Assembly (NCBI GenBank): GCA_052279835.1
Contig: CP181291.1
Span: 4,448,001-4,512,000, forward strand
From: Microcoleus sp.
GTDB lineage: Bacteria > Cyanobacteriota > Cyanobacteriia > Cyanobacteriales > Microcoleaceae
DNA length: 64,000 nt
Direction of reading: 5' to 3'
Positions 9,627 to 19,855 of this stretch are shown one piece after another. Under the pieces are notes generated by a model. That model did not search any database. It was not told the origin of the DNA and saw nothing but the letters and a program-made list of their open reading frames with translations. A program made the position numbers and the translations under genes. Within the stretch, counting starts at the first letter, position 1; the number at the start of each line of letters is the position of its first letter.

Positions 9627-12600
9627 ATGATTCTACTTGATAATTCCGATCGGCGAATTAACACGATGGAAGCTATGGCGGTTCTCAAAAAAGTGAGATA
9701 TGCCCGATGCCCGATAGCACCTCATGTTACTGAGACAAGCTATAGATCTCGCCTATTTTATTCCCTGGTTTTTATTTGCTTACTACTCTTGCCCTCGAAA
9801 ACCTGTGCCCAAATTACCCCAGACAATACTTTGGGTTCTGAAAGCTCTCGCACAGTTTCCGATACGATCGATAACTTACCAAGCGATCGCATTGAAGGCG
9901 GCGCAACACGAGGCTCAAATCTCTTTCACAGTTTCCGAGAATTCAACATCCGTGAAGGCAGGGGAGCTTATTTTACCAACCCCAAAGGCATTACTAATAT
10001 TTTCACCCGCGTCACCGGCAACAATTCCTCCAATATTTTAGGCACATTAGGAGTCCAGGGAAGCGCCAACTTATTTTTAATTAACCCAAAAGGAATTGTC
10101 TTCGGTCCTAACGCTCGGTTAGATTTACGGGGTTCATTTATCGGTTCAACTGCTGAAAGTATAGTATTTAATAACGGCTTTGAATTCAGCAGTACGAAAC
10201 CCCAAATATCGCCACTATTAACCGTAAATATTCCCGTGGGTTTGAGATTTCGCGACAACCCCGGTACAATTGTCAACCAATCAACAGCGACTGGAGTAGT
10301 AAACCAGCCACCAGCTTCGTCGGTTCAAATTCCGATTACCAATCAAGTCGGTTTAGCCGTAGACCCCGGTCAAACCTTAGCCTTAGTTGGTGGCGATATC
10401 CACGTTAATAGTGGTGTATTAACAGCTAACAGCGGACAAATAATCCTTGGTAGTGTCGCCACTTCCGGTTTAGTTAATTTGGGTTCAACTCCCTTTGGTC
10501 TAAGTTTTAATTATGACAATATTCAAAATTTCGGTAACATCAACATATCCGCAGGTAGTCTGATTAATACTAGCGGAATGGGAGGCGGTAAAATTGATAT
10601 GAGAGGTGAAAATATTACCGTCAGTAATTCCAGAATTTATGGGCTGACCCTGGGCAATATTGATAGTAGAGGCATCGATATTAATTCCCAAAATTTGCAA
10701 ATCAAGGATGGGACGCAAATTTCTACCCTCACCCTAGGCAATGGTGCGGGGGGAAATATCAACATTTTTGCTAGGGATTCAGTAGACATGAGCGGACTGG
10801 GAGTAGAGGGTTATCAACAGGTTGTAATTAAGTATTTAATATCAGGAACTGTAGACCCCTTTGACCCACAATTTGCTTTGTTTAATGGTACTTCTGGTAG
10901 TGGATCTGGGGGGAGTATTACCATTGATACTGGTAGGCTGCTGATGCGTAATGGCCTCACCGGTAGTGGGATCACCCTTGGTGCTGGAAATGGTGGCAAT
11001 CTCAATATCCGTGCCAATACTTTTGAGATGGTGGGTTCTGGAATTAACAACGCCACAGCTAAAGATAGTAGCGGTGCAGGAGGAAGTATTAATCTGGATG
11101 TTGAAAGGTTAATTATGCGTGATGGTTCTCTGCTGGGTAGCACGAGTTATAGTGATGGGCGATCGGGAAATATTAATGTGAAAGCTAGGGAATCTGTAGA
11201 ATTGTCCAATACTGGACCGAGAACTGCTGTATCAACGGGAATCAGCACTTTGAGTATCGGTGCTAATGGAAATGCAGGAGATATTAATGTTGACACCAAG
11301 CGATTGAGTCTTTCAGATGGCTCTGCTTTCACCTTGGGAACGGGTGTATTAGTGGGCAGGTTTCTGTTTTCCAGAAATGGCGGTCCCGCTGGAAATTTAA
11401 GAGTTAGGGCGAGTGAATCAGTAGAAATTTCAGGGATTTCTCAGCTTTTGACTAGCGGGAATCAAAATGCTAGTGCCTTCACTTCCGCCACTTTGAGTTC
11501 GAGTCGGGGCGGGAATATCCGGGTTGATACGCCGAGGTTGACGGTGCGGGATGGGGGGATAATTTCTACGAGTTCTTTGGGTGTGGGAAATGTGGGTGAT
11601 ATTACGATTAATGCCGATCGCATCGAAGTAGTTGGTAGTGGCAATAACGGTCTATTTATTAGTGAAATAGATGCTTCTGTGGGTAAAGTGTTTGGTAATA
11701 ATGCCGAGGCGACAGCAAATGCAGGTTCGGTGAATCTCAATACCCGTCAATTGAGCGTGCGGGATGGAGCGACGGTGACGGTTTTGGCTAGAGGAACTGG
11801 ACGGGCTGGTAATATCAATGTGGTAGCAGATTCAATTTCTCTTGATAACAAAGGCCGTATTGATGGTACTACTGTCTCTGGTACGGGAGCGAATATTAAC
11901 CTACAAGCACAAAGCATCCGGTTGCGACGTGGTAGCCGAATTACTACGGATGCGGGTACTTCCGAGGGCGGTAACATTAACCTCCGAGGCGACATTCTAG
12001 TGGCTCTCCCAGGGGAAAATAGCGATATCACGGCTAATGCTCGCACAGCTCAAGGTGGCCGTGTGAATGTCAACGTACCCACTGTCTTGGGATTTAGGGC
12101 TGTGGGCCGGGAAGAGGTTAGAAACAGTTTGGGGTTGACAGATGCTCAATTTTCACAGTTACAGGTAAGCCCTACTTCCTTGATTTCTACTAGCGACATT
12201 GCGGCTATTTCTCAAACTGGAGGTCCGGCTTTGCAAGGGACTGTCACATTTAGTTCTTCTGGGGTGAATCCTGCTCAAGGGTTGGTGGAATTGCCACAAA
12301 ATATTACCAATCCGTCGCAGTTAATTGCTACTAATCCCTGTCTCCAAGGGGCCCAGAACGAGTTTATTGTGACTGGTAAAGGGGGTGTGCCACCTAGTCC
12401 TAATGATACTCTCAGCAGCGAATCAGTGCCGTTTGCATGGGTGGATTTTACTCAAGGAAGTAGAACTCCCCCCAACTCCCCTCAAGGGGGGAATGAAGAA
12501 GGGAGAATTACCCCCCCCTACCCCCCCCAAGGGGGGAATGAAGAAGGGAGAATCAGCTCCCCCTACCCTCAAGGGGGGAATGAAGAAGAGAAGAGGAAAG

Positions 12601-12722
12601 AAGTTGTTCCGGCGCAAGGTTGGGTGATGAATTCTCAGGGGGATGTGATGCTGGTTGGGTACAATTCTGCAAATACCACTTCACGGATTCTTCGGCAGAA
12701 TCCTGTTTGTATACCACGTTGA
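9627..12722 (+). CDS. Filamentous haemagglutinin family exoprotein (TpsA-like); start uncertain
   Basis: AQITPDNTLG, NLFHSFREFN and LFLINPKGIVFGPNA TPS-domain motifs; GG.I.I beta-helix repeats. Confidence 0.92.
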   Translation: MILLDNSDRRINTMEAMAVLKKVRYARCPIAPHVTETSYRSRLFYSLVFICLLLLPSKTCAQITPDNTLGSESSRTVSDTIDNLPSDRIEGGATRGSNLFHSFREFNIREGRGAYFTNPKGITNIFTRVTGNNSSNILGTLGVQGSANLFLINPKGIVFGPNARLDLRGSFIGSTAESIVFNNGFEFSSTKPQISPLLTVNIPVGLRFRDNPGTIVNQSTATGVVNQPPASSVQIPITNQVGLAVDPGQTLALVGGDIHVNSGVLTANSGQIILGSVATSGLVNLGSTPFGLSFNYDNIQNFGNINISAGSLINTSGMGGGKIDMRGENITVSNSRIYGLTLGNIDSRGIDINSQNLQIKDGTQISTLTLGNGAGGNINIFARDSVDMSGLGVEGYQQVVIKYLISGTVDPFDPQFALFNGTSGSGSGGSITIDTGRLLMRNGLTGSGITLGAGNGGNLNIRANTFEMVGSGINNATAKDSSGAGGSINLDVERLIMRDGSLLGSTSYSDGRSGNINVKARESVELSNTGPRTAVSTGISTLSIGANGNAGDINVDTKRLSLSDGSAFTLGTGVLVGRFLFSRNGGPAGNLRVRASESVEISGISQLLTSGNQNASAFTSATLSSSRGGNIRVDTPRLTVRDGGIISTSSLGVGNVGDITINADRIEVVGSGNNGLFISEIDASVGKVFGNNAEATANAGSVNLNTRQLSVRDGATVTVLARGTGRAGNINVVADSISLDNKGRIDGTTVSGTGANINLQAQSIRLRRGSRITTDAGTSEGGNINLRGDILVALPGENSDITANARTAQGGRVNVNVPTVLGFRAVGREEVRNSLGLTDAQFSQLQVSPTSLISTSDIAAISQTGGPALQGTVTFSSSGVNPAQGLVELPQNITNPSQLIATNPCLQGAQNEFIVTGKGGVPPSPNDTLSSESVPFAWVDFTQGSRTPPNSPQGGNEEGRITPPYPPQGGNEEGRISSPYPQGGNEEEKRKEVVPAQGWVMNSQGDVMLVGYNSANTTSRILRQNPVCIPR
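12462..12590 (+). repeat. Three in-frame copies of a C-rich/G-rich palindromic repeat inside the TpsA gene
   Basis: CCCCC..CCC(T/C)CAAGGGGGGAATGAAGAAG occurs three times and encodes PQGGNEE. Confidence 0.8.
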
Positions 12723-12793
12723 AAGTATGTTTTCTTCTACGGCAGATTGACGTTAATTTACGCAAATTACCAATTAACAATTAACAATTACCT

Positions 12794-15409
12794 ATGAAAT
12801 TTACTCGATCGCTCCGTCAAGCAATTTTGTTATTTTTAATGTCTTGTTTGTTGGCAATTGCTATTCCTCCTGCTGTTGCTCAAGTTCAGCCGAAAGATGG
12901 GATGCAGCTTGTTCGACAAGCTCGCAGTCTTTATGATGCGGAACGGTTTTCCCAGGTGGTGCCGCTTTTACAGCAAGCTGCGGTGGTGTTTGAGGCGAAA
13001 GGACAAAATCTGGATCGAGCTACGGCTTTGAGCAATTTGGCTGCAACTTTTGGACAACTGAATGACTGGGAGCAGGCTGAAGTTGCTATTAATTCGAGTT
13101 TGTCACTGGTGCGTCAGTTGCCGAAAACGATTGAACAGCAGCGGGTTTTGGGTCAAAGTCTGAATATTCAAGGACAACTGCAACTGGAACGGGGACGGAC
13201 TCAGGAGGCGATCGATATTTGGACTGAATCTGCTAAAATTTTTGACGAAATTCAGGCTAAAGACCAGTTGTTTCAAATTCAAATTAATCAAAGTAGGGCT
13301 TGGGAAACTCTGGGACTTTATCCGAGAGCTTGCAAAATTTTGTTGGATTATTTTAAGTTGGAACACACAACTTGTGAGGTTTCAAGTGCCAGTTTGGCAA
13401 GTTTGAAAAATCAGCGGATTTCGCCGGAAAATATTCGGGGAATTAATGCTTTAGGTAGGGTGCTGCGGGTTTTGGGAAAACTGGATCGATCGCAGGAGAT
13501 TCTTTTAGTAGGACTTGAATCGGCACAAAAGTTGGGACTCAGACAAGAGGAGGCTCAAATCGATCTTAATCTTGGTAATACGGAACGGGCTAAAAGTAAT
13601 ATAGCTGGTTTAAGCCCTCAACAACGGGATAATAGCGAGCGATCGGCTCTTTCGTATTATGCTCGATCGGCAGATAGAAGTGCGGGGGCATCGCCCCTAG
13701 GGATGCAGGCAAAGTTGAACCAGTTGAGTCTGTTGGTAGAGCGCGAAAATTGGTCGGAAGCAGGGATTTTGTGGCGATCGATCCAACCTCAAGTCGATGG
13801 ATTGTCGTGGAATCGCGCCGGAATTTATGCTCGAATTAATCTGGCAGAAAGTTTGCTCAAATTGGATCGGTTTCCGATCGCGACTCCGGGTTTGAGCGAT
13901 ATTGACAAAATGCTCAAAGCCGCTTTGGAACCGGCAAACCGTTTGGGCGATAAGCGGATACAAGCTTATATTCTGGGAGCTCGTGGGAAGCTGTACGAAC
14001 TCCAGCATCAGCATTCTCTAGCTGAAACTCTGACTATACAAGCTTTGAGTTTAGTGCCAGCGTTTCAGTCTCCCGATATTGCTTACCAATTATTGTGGCA
14101 ACTCGGACGGATTCGGAAGGCCGAGGGCAATCTGGAAGGGGCGATCGCCCAATATACTCAAGCTGTGAATGTACTGTCTTCTCTGCGCGGAGATTTGGTG
14201 ACGGTTAATCCAGAAGTGCAATTTTCGTTTCGCGAAAGTGCCGAACCGGTTTATCGCCAATTGGTCGAACTTTTGTTGCAAGAGGAATCTCCCAGTCAAG
14301 ATAAGTTAAAGCTGGCTCGCCAAACAGTTGAATCTTTGCAGTTGGCAGAATTGGATAACTTTTTTCGCGATGCTTGTGCTGATGCTAAACCAAAGTCGAT
14401 CGAGGAAATCGATCCTAGGGCGGCGGTGATTTATCCGATTATTTTGAGCGATCGTTTGGAGGTGATTTTGTCTATTCCTGGTAAACCCCTGCGTCGCTAC
14501 AGCACTAAGAAGACTCAGGCAGATTTGGAAACTGCTTTCAGAGAAGCTAAAAATGTCATCAGACCTGCTGCTTTTCCGCGAGATAGGTTGCGGCCTGTTC
14601 AACAAGTTTATGACTGGTTAATCCGCCCTGCGGAGGCGGATTTGACTGCTAGCGGGATTAAAACTTTAGTATTTGTACTGGATGGCTATTTGCGAAATTT
14701 GCCGATGGCGATTCTCCATGACGGTGAAAGGTTTCTGCTGGAAAAATACAGCATTGCCTTGGCGCCGGGACTGCAATTGCTTGCTCCCAAACCTCTGAGC
14801 ACCGTCAAGTTAAAAGTGTTAACGGCCGCCCTCTCAGAAGCTCGTCAAGGCTTTGCGGCTTTGCCGGGGGTTACTGAGGAAATTCAGCTAATTGCAGATC
14901 AGATGCCAGCAACTCGACTGCTGAATCAAGAGTTTGTGAGCGGTAAGTTGCAAGCTCGAATTAAAGAGGTGTCCTACCCGATCGTGCATTTGGCAACTCA
15001 TGGACAGTTTAGTTCCAATGCAGCGGATACTTTTATTGTGACTTGGGACCAGAAAGTGAATGTCAAGGAGTTCGATCGACTGTTGCGATCGCGCAGTGCC
15101 CAAACACAACAGGCGATCGAACTTTTGGTGTTGAGTGCTTGCGAAACTGCTTCGGGGGATAGTCGCGCGACTTTAGGTTTGGCTGGGGCTGCAATTCGAT
15201 CGGGTGCCCGCAGCACTGTGGCGACTCTTTGGCAAGTCAATGACGAATCTACTGCTATATTTATGGCTGAGTTCTATCGCCAACTGGCTTTGCCTAAAAT
15301 TAGCAAAGTGGAAGCTCTCCGCAATGCTCAATTAGCCCTGCTCAACAACCCACTGTATAAAAATCCCTATTTCTGGGCACCTTTTGTACTTGTGGGGAAT
15401 TGGCAATAA
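12794..15409 (+). CDS. TPR + CHAT (caspase-HetF) domain protein
   Basis: TPR-like helices; VHLATHG, LVLSACET and PYFWAPFVLVGNW. Confidence 0.93.
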   Translation: MKFTRSLRQAILLFLMSCLLAIAIPPAVAQVQPKDGMQLVRQARSLYDAERFSQVVPLLQQAAVVFEAKGQNLDRATALSNLAATFGQLNDWEQAEVAINSSLSLVRQLPKTIEQQRVLGQSLNIQGQLQLERGRTQEAIDIWTESAKIFDEIQAKDQLFQIQINQSRAWETLGLYPRACKILLDYFKLEHTTCEVSSASLASLKNQRISPENIRGINALGRVLRVLGKLDRSQEILLVGLESAQKLGLRQEEAQIDLNLGNTERAKSNIAGLSPQQRDNSERSALSYYARSADRSAGASPLGMQAKLNQLSLLVERENWSEAGILWRSIQPQVDGLSWNRAGIYARINLAESLLKLDRFPIATPGLSDIDKMLKAALEPANRLGDKRIQAYILGARGKLYELQHQHSLAETLTIQALSLVPAFQSPDIAYQLLWQLGRIRKAEGNLEGAIAQYTQAVNVLSSLRGDLVTVNPEVQFSFRESAEPVYRQLVELLLQEESPSQDKLKLARQTVESLQLAELDNFFRDACADAKPKSIEEIDPRAAVIYPIILSDRLEVILSIPGKPLRRYSTKKTQADLETAFREAKNVIRPAAFPRDRLRPVQQVYDWLIRPAEADLTASGIKTLVFVLDGYLRNLPMAILHDGERFLLEKYSIALAPGLQLLAPKPLSTVKLKVLTAALSEARQGFAALPGVTEEIQLIADQMPATRLLNQEFVSGKLQARIKEVSYPIVHLATHGQFSSNAADTFIVTWDQKVNVKEFDRLLRSRSAQTQQAIELLVLSACETASGDSRATLGLAGAAIRSGARSTVATLWQVNDESTAIFMAEFYRQLALPKISKVEALRNAQLALLNNPLYKNPYFWAPFVLVGNWQ

Positions 15410-15415
15410 TCTAAG

Positions 15416-15645
15416 ATGGGCATCGGGAATTGGGAATGGGGCATCAACCGCTGTACCCTGAGCGTAGTCGAAGGGTTCATCAACTGACCCTTCGACCCTT
15501 CGACTACGCTGGCTGACGGCGCTCCGCTCAGGGACAACGCTTTGCTCAGAGCATTGTCACACTGACAACTAACCCTTCGACTCCGCTCAGGGTACAGCAA
15601 TGGTGAACAGTCAACTGCCAACTGTCAACTGCCAACTGTCAACTA
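15416..15645. repeat. Intergenic repeat cluster (CCCTTCGACT(A/C)CGCTCAGGG elements and heptamer tandem repeats)
   Basis: CTGAGCGTAGTCGAAGGG and its complement; CAACTG(C/T) heptamers at about 15612-15645; GGGAAT(T/G) heptamers. Confidence 0.7.
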
Positions 15646-15727
15646 ACTCAAATACGCTTAGTTTTTTGTTAAAGTTTGTAAACTGTTAAAAGTGCTTTAC
15701 GCATTTGATATTTTTCCGAGGATTTCT

Positions 15728-16669
15728 ATGAAGCAACTTTTAATTGCTGAGCGCATCTGCCTGGTTGCCCACGTCTTATCGATGGCTTTTGGATTGGCAG
15801 GGTTATTACTGATTTTACCCCGTCCTGAATTGGTGATGAGCTTGCCTCCGGCTGGGCAAACTTTGTTCCAGTGGGGGATGGCTGGGGGTGGAGTAGTTTA
15901 TATCATTTTTGGTGCAGCAGCCGTTGCTCTCTATGCCTTTCGGACATTGGGCTTAGGTGCTACTCTCACTTTTTTACTGCCTTCGGTATTTTTATCTTTG
16001 GGTAGTGAGTTATTGGGTACGAGTACAGGTTTTCCCTTCGGCCACTACCACTATTTGAGCGGTTTGGGCTACAAAATTGCAGGGTTGGTGCCGTTTACAA
16101 TCCCGCTGTCGTGGTTTTATCTGGGAATGGTTTGTTATGTGATTGCTCGCGCTGGATTGAGCTCTGGTAAAGGGGAACTCAACTGGGTGCGTCAGCTTGG
16201 GGCGATCGCCCTTGGTGCTGTGTTACTAACAGCATGGGATTTTGTACTAGATCCGGCGATGAGTCAGACTTCTGTGCCTTTTTGGGAGTTTGAGGAACTT
16301 GGAGCTTTCTTCGGGATGCCTTACCGCAATTTGGCGGGATGGATGGGTACGGGGGCGCTGTTTATGTCTGTAGCAGCTTTTTTCTGGAGAAAAACTCCGA
16401 TTCATTTGGAGCGCTCGGAAATGGGTTTGCCCTTAATTGTTTATGTGGTAAATTTTGCTTTCGGAGCAATTATTACTGTAACTTCTTTGGATTCTCGGTT
16501 CTGGTTCCCCACAATGCTAGCTGTGCTTCTGGGTGTAGTGCCGGCGATCGTCTTAAGTTCGATGGCAAAACCCGCAGCAGGTAAGGTGACAGAAACAATT
16601 CCGTCTCTGGATAAGTCTGCTGTGACAACGGAAATTCCACCTCAGCCGGTTGGCGCTGTACGCAAGTAA
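15728..16669 (+). CDS. cruF: gamma-carotene 1'-hydroxylase CruF
   Basis: Membrane protein with SELLGTSTGFPFG, WDFVLDPAM and GMPYRNLAGW; directly upstream of cruG. Confidence 0.9.
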   Translation: MKQLLIAERICLVAHVLSMAFGLAGLLLILPRPELVMSLPPAGQTLFQWGMAGGGVVYIIFGAAAVALYAFRTLGLGATLTFLLPSVFLSLGSELLGTSTGFPFGHYHYLSGLGYKIAGLVPFTIPLSWFYLGMVCYVIARAGLSSGKGELNWVRQLGAIALGAVLLTAWDFVLDPAMSQTSVPFWEFEELGAFFGMPYRNLAGWMGTGALFMSVAAFFWRKTPIHLERSEMGLPLIVYVVNFAFGAIITVTSLDSRFWFPTMLAVLLGVVPAIVLSSMAKPAAGKVTETIPSLDKSAVTTEIPPQPVGAVRK

Positions 16670-16696
16670 GATCTAATCAGGAATTTTACAGCTATT

Positions 16697-16732
16697 AAAA
16701 AAACCCGGTTTCAGCAAGAAACCGGGTTTTTT
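16697..16732. terminator. Hairpin with A/T tails (bidirectional terminator-like repeat)
   Basis: AAAAAAACCCGGTTTC-AGCAA-GAAACCGGGTTTTTT; a related sequence lies at about 49133-49198. Confidence 0.65.
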
Positions 16733-16766
16733 CGCGATATTTTCCGGCCCAATTCCTGTAATATGT

Positions 16767-18014
16767 TTGGAGTTAAAAATTTATGCAATTTTTCAATTTA
16801 AATTGATTTCCCCGATCGCCCCGAACCTTCCCCCCAATCTCTTGACAAGTATCATCTGTGTCACACTCCTGCTGCTGCAATTACCCGCCGTGGCAATTCT
16901 GATGTCGCGCTTAATCAAAGGCCCCTCGCGCATCCCGCCCCTAGAACCCGCATCGCCGACACTGGATTTGCTTGGTGCTTGTACAGTAGTTGTCCCGACT
17001 TTGAATGAAGCCGATCGCATTTCGCCTTGTTTAGATGGATTAACCAACCAAAGTTACGAACTCCGAGAAGTTATTGTCGTTGATAGCTATTCCGTTGACG
17101 GCACCGCAGATTTAGTTAAAGCCGCAGCAGCAAAAGACCCCCGGTTTCGCGTCATTAATGATGACCCACTGCCGGCTGGTTGGGTGGGGCGTCCTTGGGC
17201 TTTACACACTGGTTTTTTGGCAAGTTCCCACAAGTGTGAGTGGATTTTGGGGATAGATGCTGATACTGTGCCGCATCCGGGTTTGATTGCAAGTTTGCTC
17301 AAAACGGCGATCGCCAAAAATTATGATTTAATTTCATTATCGCCGCAGTTTATTCTTAAGTATCCAGGGGAATTGTGGCTGCAACCGGCGCTGTTGATGA
17401 CTTTGGTTTATCGGTTCGGACCCACCGGGACTGGTGGAGATGTACCGGAATTGGTGATGGCGAACGGTCAATGTTTTTTGTGTCGGCGCGAGGTTTTGGT
17501 GGCACTAGGGGGCTACGAGTCGGCGTCGGGTTCCTTTTGCGATGATGTGACTCTGGCTCGCTATGCTGCTGCTAAGGGCTTTAAGGTGGGCTTTTTGGAT
17601 GGGGCTAAGGTGTTAAAGGTGCGGATGTATGAGGGGGCGATCGAGACTTGGAATGAGTGGGGGCGATCGCTCGATTTGAAGGATGCTGCTTCTAGGGTTC
17701 AAATTTGGGGCGATTTGTGGCTGCTGTTTGCAGTTCAAGGTTTGCCGGTGCTGATTTTATTGGGTTATTTGTTGCTTGGTTGGCGATCGCCTGTGGCGGT
17801 GTTTCCCTACGGTTTGCTGTTGGGATTGAATCTATTTTTGCTGGCGGTGCGATCGGCTTTGTGTTTGGCGATCGCACCTTCCTACGATCGCGCTCAAGCA
17901 TCAGGTAAATGGCTGTTTTGGCTTTCACCTTTGGCCGATCCGCTAGCGTTTTTGCGGATTCTGATTTCTGCGTTGAATCAACCGACTCAGTGGCGCGGCC
18001 GCAAGTATAGTTAG
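16767..18014 (+). CDS. cruG: Carotenoid 2'-O-glycosyltransferase CruG (GT2); start uncertain
   Basis: VVVPTLNEA, GWVGRPWAL, DAD, FCDDVTLAR and WGRSLDLKDA; next to cruF. Confidence 0.9.
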   Translation: MELKIYAIFQFKLISPIAPNLPPNLLTSIICVTLLLLQLPAVAILMSRLIKGPSRIPPLEPASPTLDLLGACTVVVPTLNEADRISPCLDGLTNQSYELREVIVVDSYSVDGTADLVKAAAAKDPRFRVINDDPLPAGWVGRPWALHTGFLASSHKCEWILGIDADTVPHPGLIASLLKTAIAKNYDLISLSPQFILKYPGELWLQPALLMTLVYRFGPTGTGGDVPELVMANGQCFLCRREVLVALGGYESASGSFCDDVTLARYAAAKGFKVGFLDGAKVLKVRMYEGAIETWNEWGRSLDLKDAASRVQIWGDLWLLFAVQGLPVLILLGYLLLGWRSPVAVFPYGLLLGLNLFLLAVRSALCLAIAPSYDRAQASGKWLFWLSPLADPLAFLRILISALNQPTQWRGRKYS

Positions 18015-18054
18015 GCGGTAGCAACCGAACATAATATAAGGACACAACAATGTT

Positions 18055-18229
18055 CACAGGTGTCAACAATCGCCTGAAAGCCTTGATAAATCTCGTTTTT
18101 CTGCTAAGTCTAGATCCCCCTAAATCCCCCTTAAGAAGGGGGACTTTGAGAAGATTCCTGTCCCCCCCTTCTTAAGGGGGGCTAGGGGGGATCTGACCTC
18201 GATCGTCAAACAGTAGTCTCTGAGCGGTT
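18055..18229. mobile_element. Degenerate copy of the MITE at 53037-53235 (opposite orientation)
   Basis: Starts CACAGGTGTCAAC; shares the core AGTCTAGATCCCCCT..ATCCCCCTTAAGAAGGGGGACTTTGAG...AAGGGGGGCTAGGGGGGATCT...GTCAAACAG. Confidence 0.75.
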
Positions 18230-18252
18230 CTCAGTTTTGATCCTTCGATACG

Positions 18253-19086
18253 CTAAGGGCGTTTTCTTACCAGCGAATCATTGAACAACAACGAATCCGA
18301 TCGATTTTGTTTCACTTTTTCAGCAGTTGTCCCACCACCGCTCTCATTAATGCGATCGTTAAGTTTGTTAGGACATTCTTGGCGAATTTCAGATAGTTTA
18401 TCATACCATCTCGGTCGATTGATAAAAGTCGCACCATCTGGACTCCAAGCTGCTTCAAATACCATCCCGGTGTTGGGGGTTTTCTTTTGAATACCAAGCT
18501 CGTCATAGATGTCAATGGGAGTCCCTTCTCGCGTGTGGCCTTTGCCGTTGCCGCAGTAATCGGCCCGTGTCATGCGCGTGCAAGCTTGGTGATAGTCTCG
18601 GAGTGACTTTCCGTTGACCTTCTTCCAAGGTTTGTAGCCGAAGCGAACGCACTTAGCTAGAACTCCACTCGTACAGCCCAATGTCATGAGATCGCTCGAT
18701 TCTGTGTGCTTTCCTGTCTTATCCCACGAGCCCGTCAGCGGAATTGCCTTGGCGACATTCTCGGCATCAGGAGTACACAAATTCTTCCATTGAGAATCAG
18801 CAGAATCGAGATAAAAGACTGTATAAAGATAGGTTTCTTTTTCGGGGTCTTTTGGGTCTAGTTCAACATCTTTGATTTGAAAGTTCAGCTTTCTCCCCTG
18901 CTCGTCAACGGCGTTAAACTGTGCGCCTTTTAAGTTTTTGCCTTTAACAATTTCAGTTTTATGGGCAGTCGCGCTGGTGTCTGGTTCGGTTTTATAACTG
19001 CTGTTTTGATTCTTGGCAAACACTCCGCAGCTTAAAAGCAACACCGGAAAAACAACAACAAAACTGTATATAAATGTCTTTTTCAT
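18253..19086 (-). CDS. Secreted/lipoprotein-like ADYC-domain protein
   Basis: Signal peptide; AKCVRFGYKPW, HQACTRMTRADYCGNG and FEAAWSPDGA. Confidence 0.85.
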   Translation of the reverse strand: MKKTFIYSFVVVFPVLLLSCGVFAKNQNSSYKTEPDTSATAHKTEIVKGKNLKGAQFNAVDEQGRKLNFQIKDVELDPKDPEKETYLYTVFYLDSADSQWKNLCTPDAENVAKAIPLTGSWDKTGKHTESSDLMTLGCTSGVLAKCVRFGYKPWKKVNGKSLRDYHQACTRMTRADYCGNGKGHTREGTPIDIYDELGIQKKTPNTGMVFEAAWSPDGATFINRPRWYDKLSEIRQECPNKLNDRINESGGGTTAEKVKQNRSDSLLFNDSLVRKRP

Positions 19087-19110
19087 CGTTTCAATTTCTG
19101 CCAGGGATTG

Positions 19111-19143
19111 AGATACCCGACTTCTTTAAGAAGTCGGGTATCT
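19111..19143. repeat. AGATACCCGACTTCT..AAGTCGGGTATCT hairpin repeat
   Basis: Perfect arms; a second copy lies at 37687-37719. Confidence 0.7.
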
Positions 19144-19152
19144 TTGGGAGAA

Positions 19153-19617
19153 CTATCTTCTCCTGCAACCAATATAGGGATACATGAGACAGGGGTCTAC
19201 GAACATTTTGCCTTGCATCTCAGCAGCAACTTGCGTTACGCCTACAAGCTGTCCACCTTCCACTTTAAGGCTTTGCAATTCCATGCCTTGCAGTTTTGCG
19301 GCTTGCATAGTCGTGCCCGGGAGTACGAGAGCGTTCACTTTCAAGCCGTTGAGCTGCCCGTTCAGACTCCAGCCGTTCCACTGGAGGCCGTTGAGCCAGA
19401 CGCCGCCGCCACCCAGGGGGGCAACAAAAGTGGGACGGTTTTCGGGGGCTTTTGGGAGTTCAGCATCTTTGACTTGAAAGTTCAGCTTTCTCCCCTGCTC
19501 GTTAACTGCGTTAAACTGTGCGCTTATTAAGTCTTTGCCTTTAACAATAGCCAGCCCTGAGAAAGCTAAAGAGAGTGCTGCTGTAGCAAGGGCGATGGTT
19601 AATACACTTTTCTTCAT
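19153..19617 (-). CDS. Small secreted protein with xxNG pentapeptide-like repeats, partly paralogous to the ADYC protein
   Basis: Signal peptide MKKSVLTIALA; IVKGKDLISAQFNAVNEQGRKLNFQVKD is shared with the ADYC protein; WLNGLQWNGWSLNGQLNG. Confidence 0.7.
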   Translation of the reverse strand: MKKSVLTIALATAALSLAFSGLAIVKGKDLISAQFNAVNEQGRKLNFQVKDAELPKAPENRPTFVAPLGGGGVWLNGLQWNGWSLNGQLNGLKVNALVLPGTTMQAAKLQGMELQSLKVEGGQLVGVTQVAAEMQGKMFVDPCLMYPYIGCRRR

Positions 19618-19738
19618 GGTGAAAATCCTCAACTGTGTTTTCAAGACGTTGCCTATTTGCTGCAATGTTTGAGCTACTAATTTTCGCAACCGATGGCTTG
19701 CAGCTAAAGAGAGGTTGTTTTCTCTCTAATCCCATCTA

Positions 19739-19817
19739 TAAATTCATCAAAACACGCAGATGACCGAGATCGAGACTGAGAATGTACTGACTTGTTACCG
19801 ACTTTCGAGTAACTTGC
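19739..19817. promoter_or_regulatory. 79-bp upstream element, copy 1
   Basis: 73/79 identical to 21501-21579 by manual alignment. Confidence 0.8.
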
Positions 19818-19855
19818 AACGACTCTCTTAGCGCTGCCGCACCGCTCACCACAGC

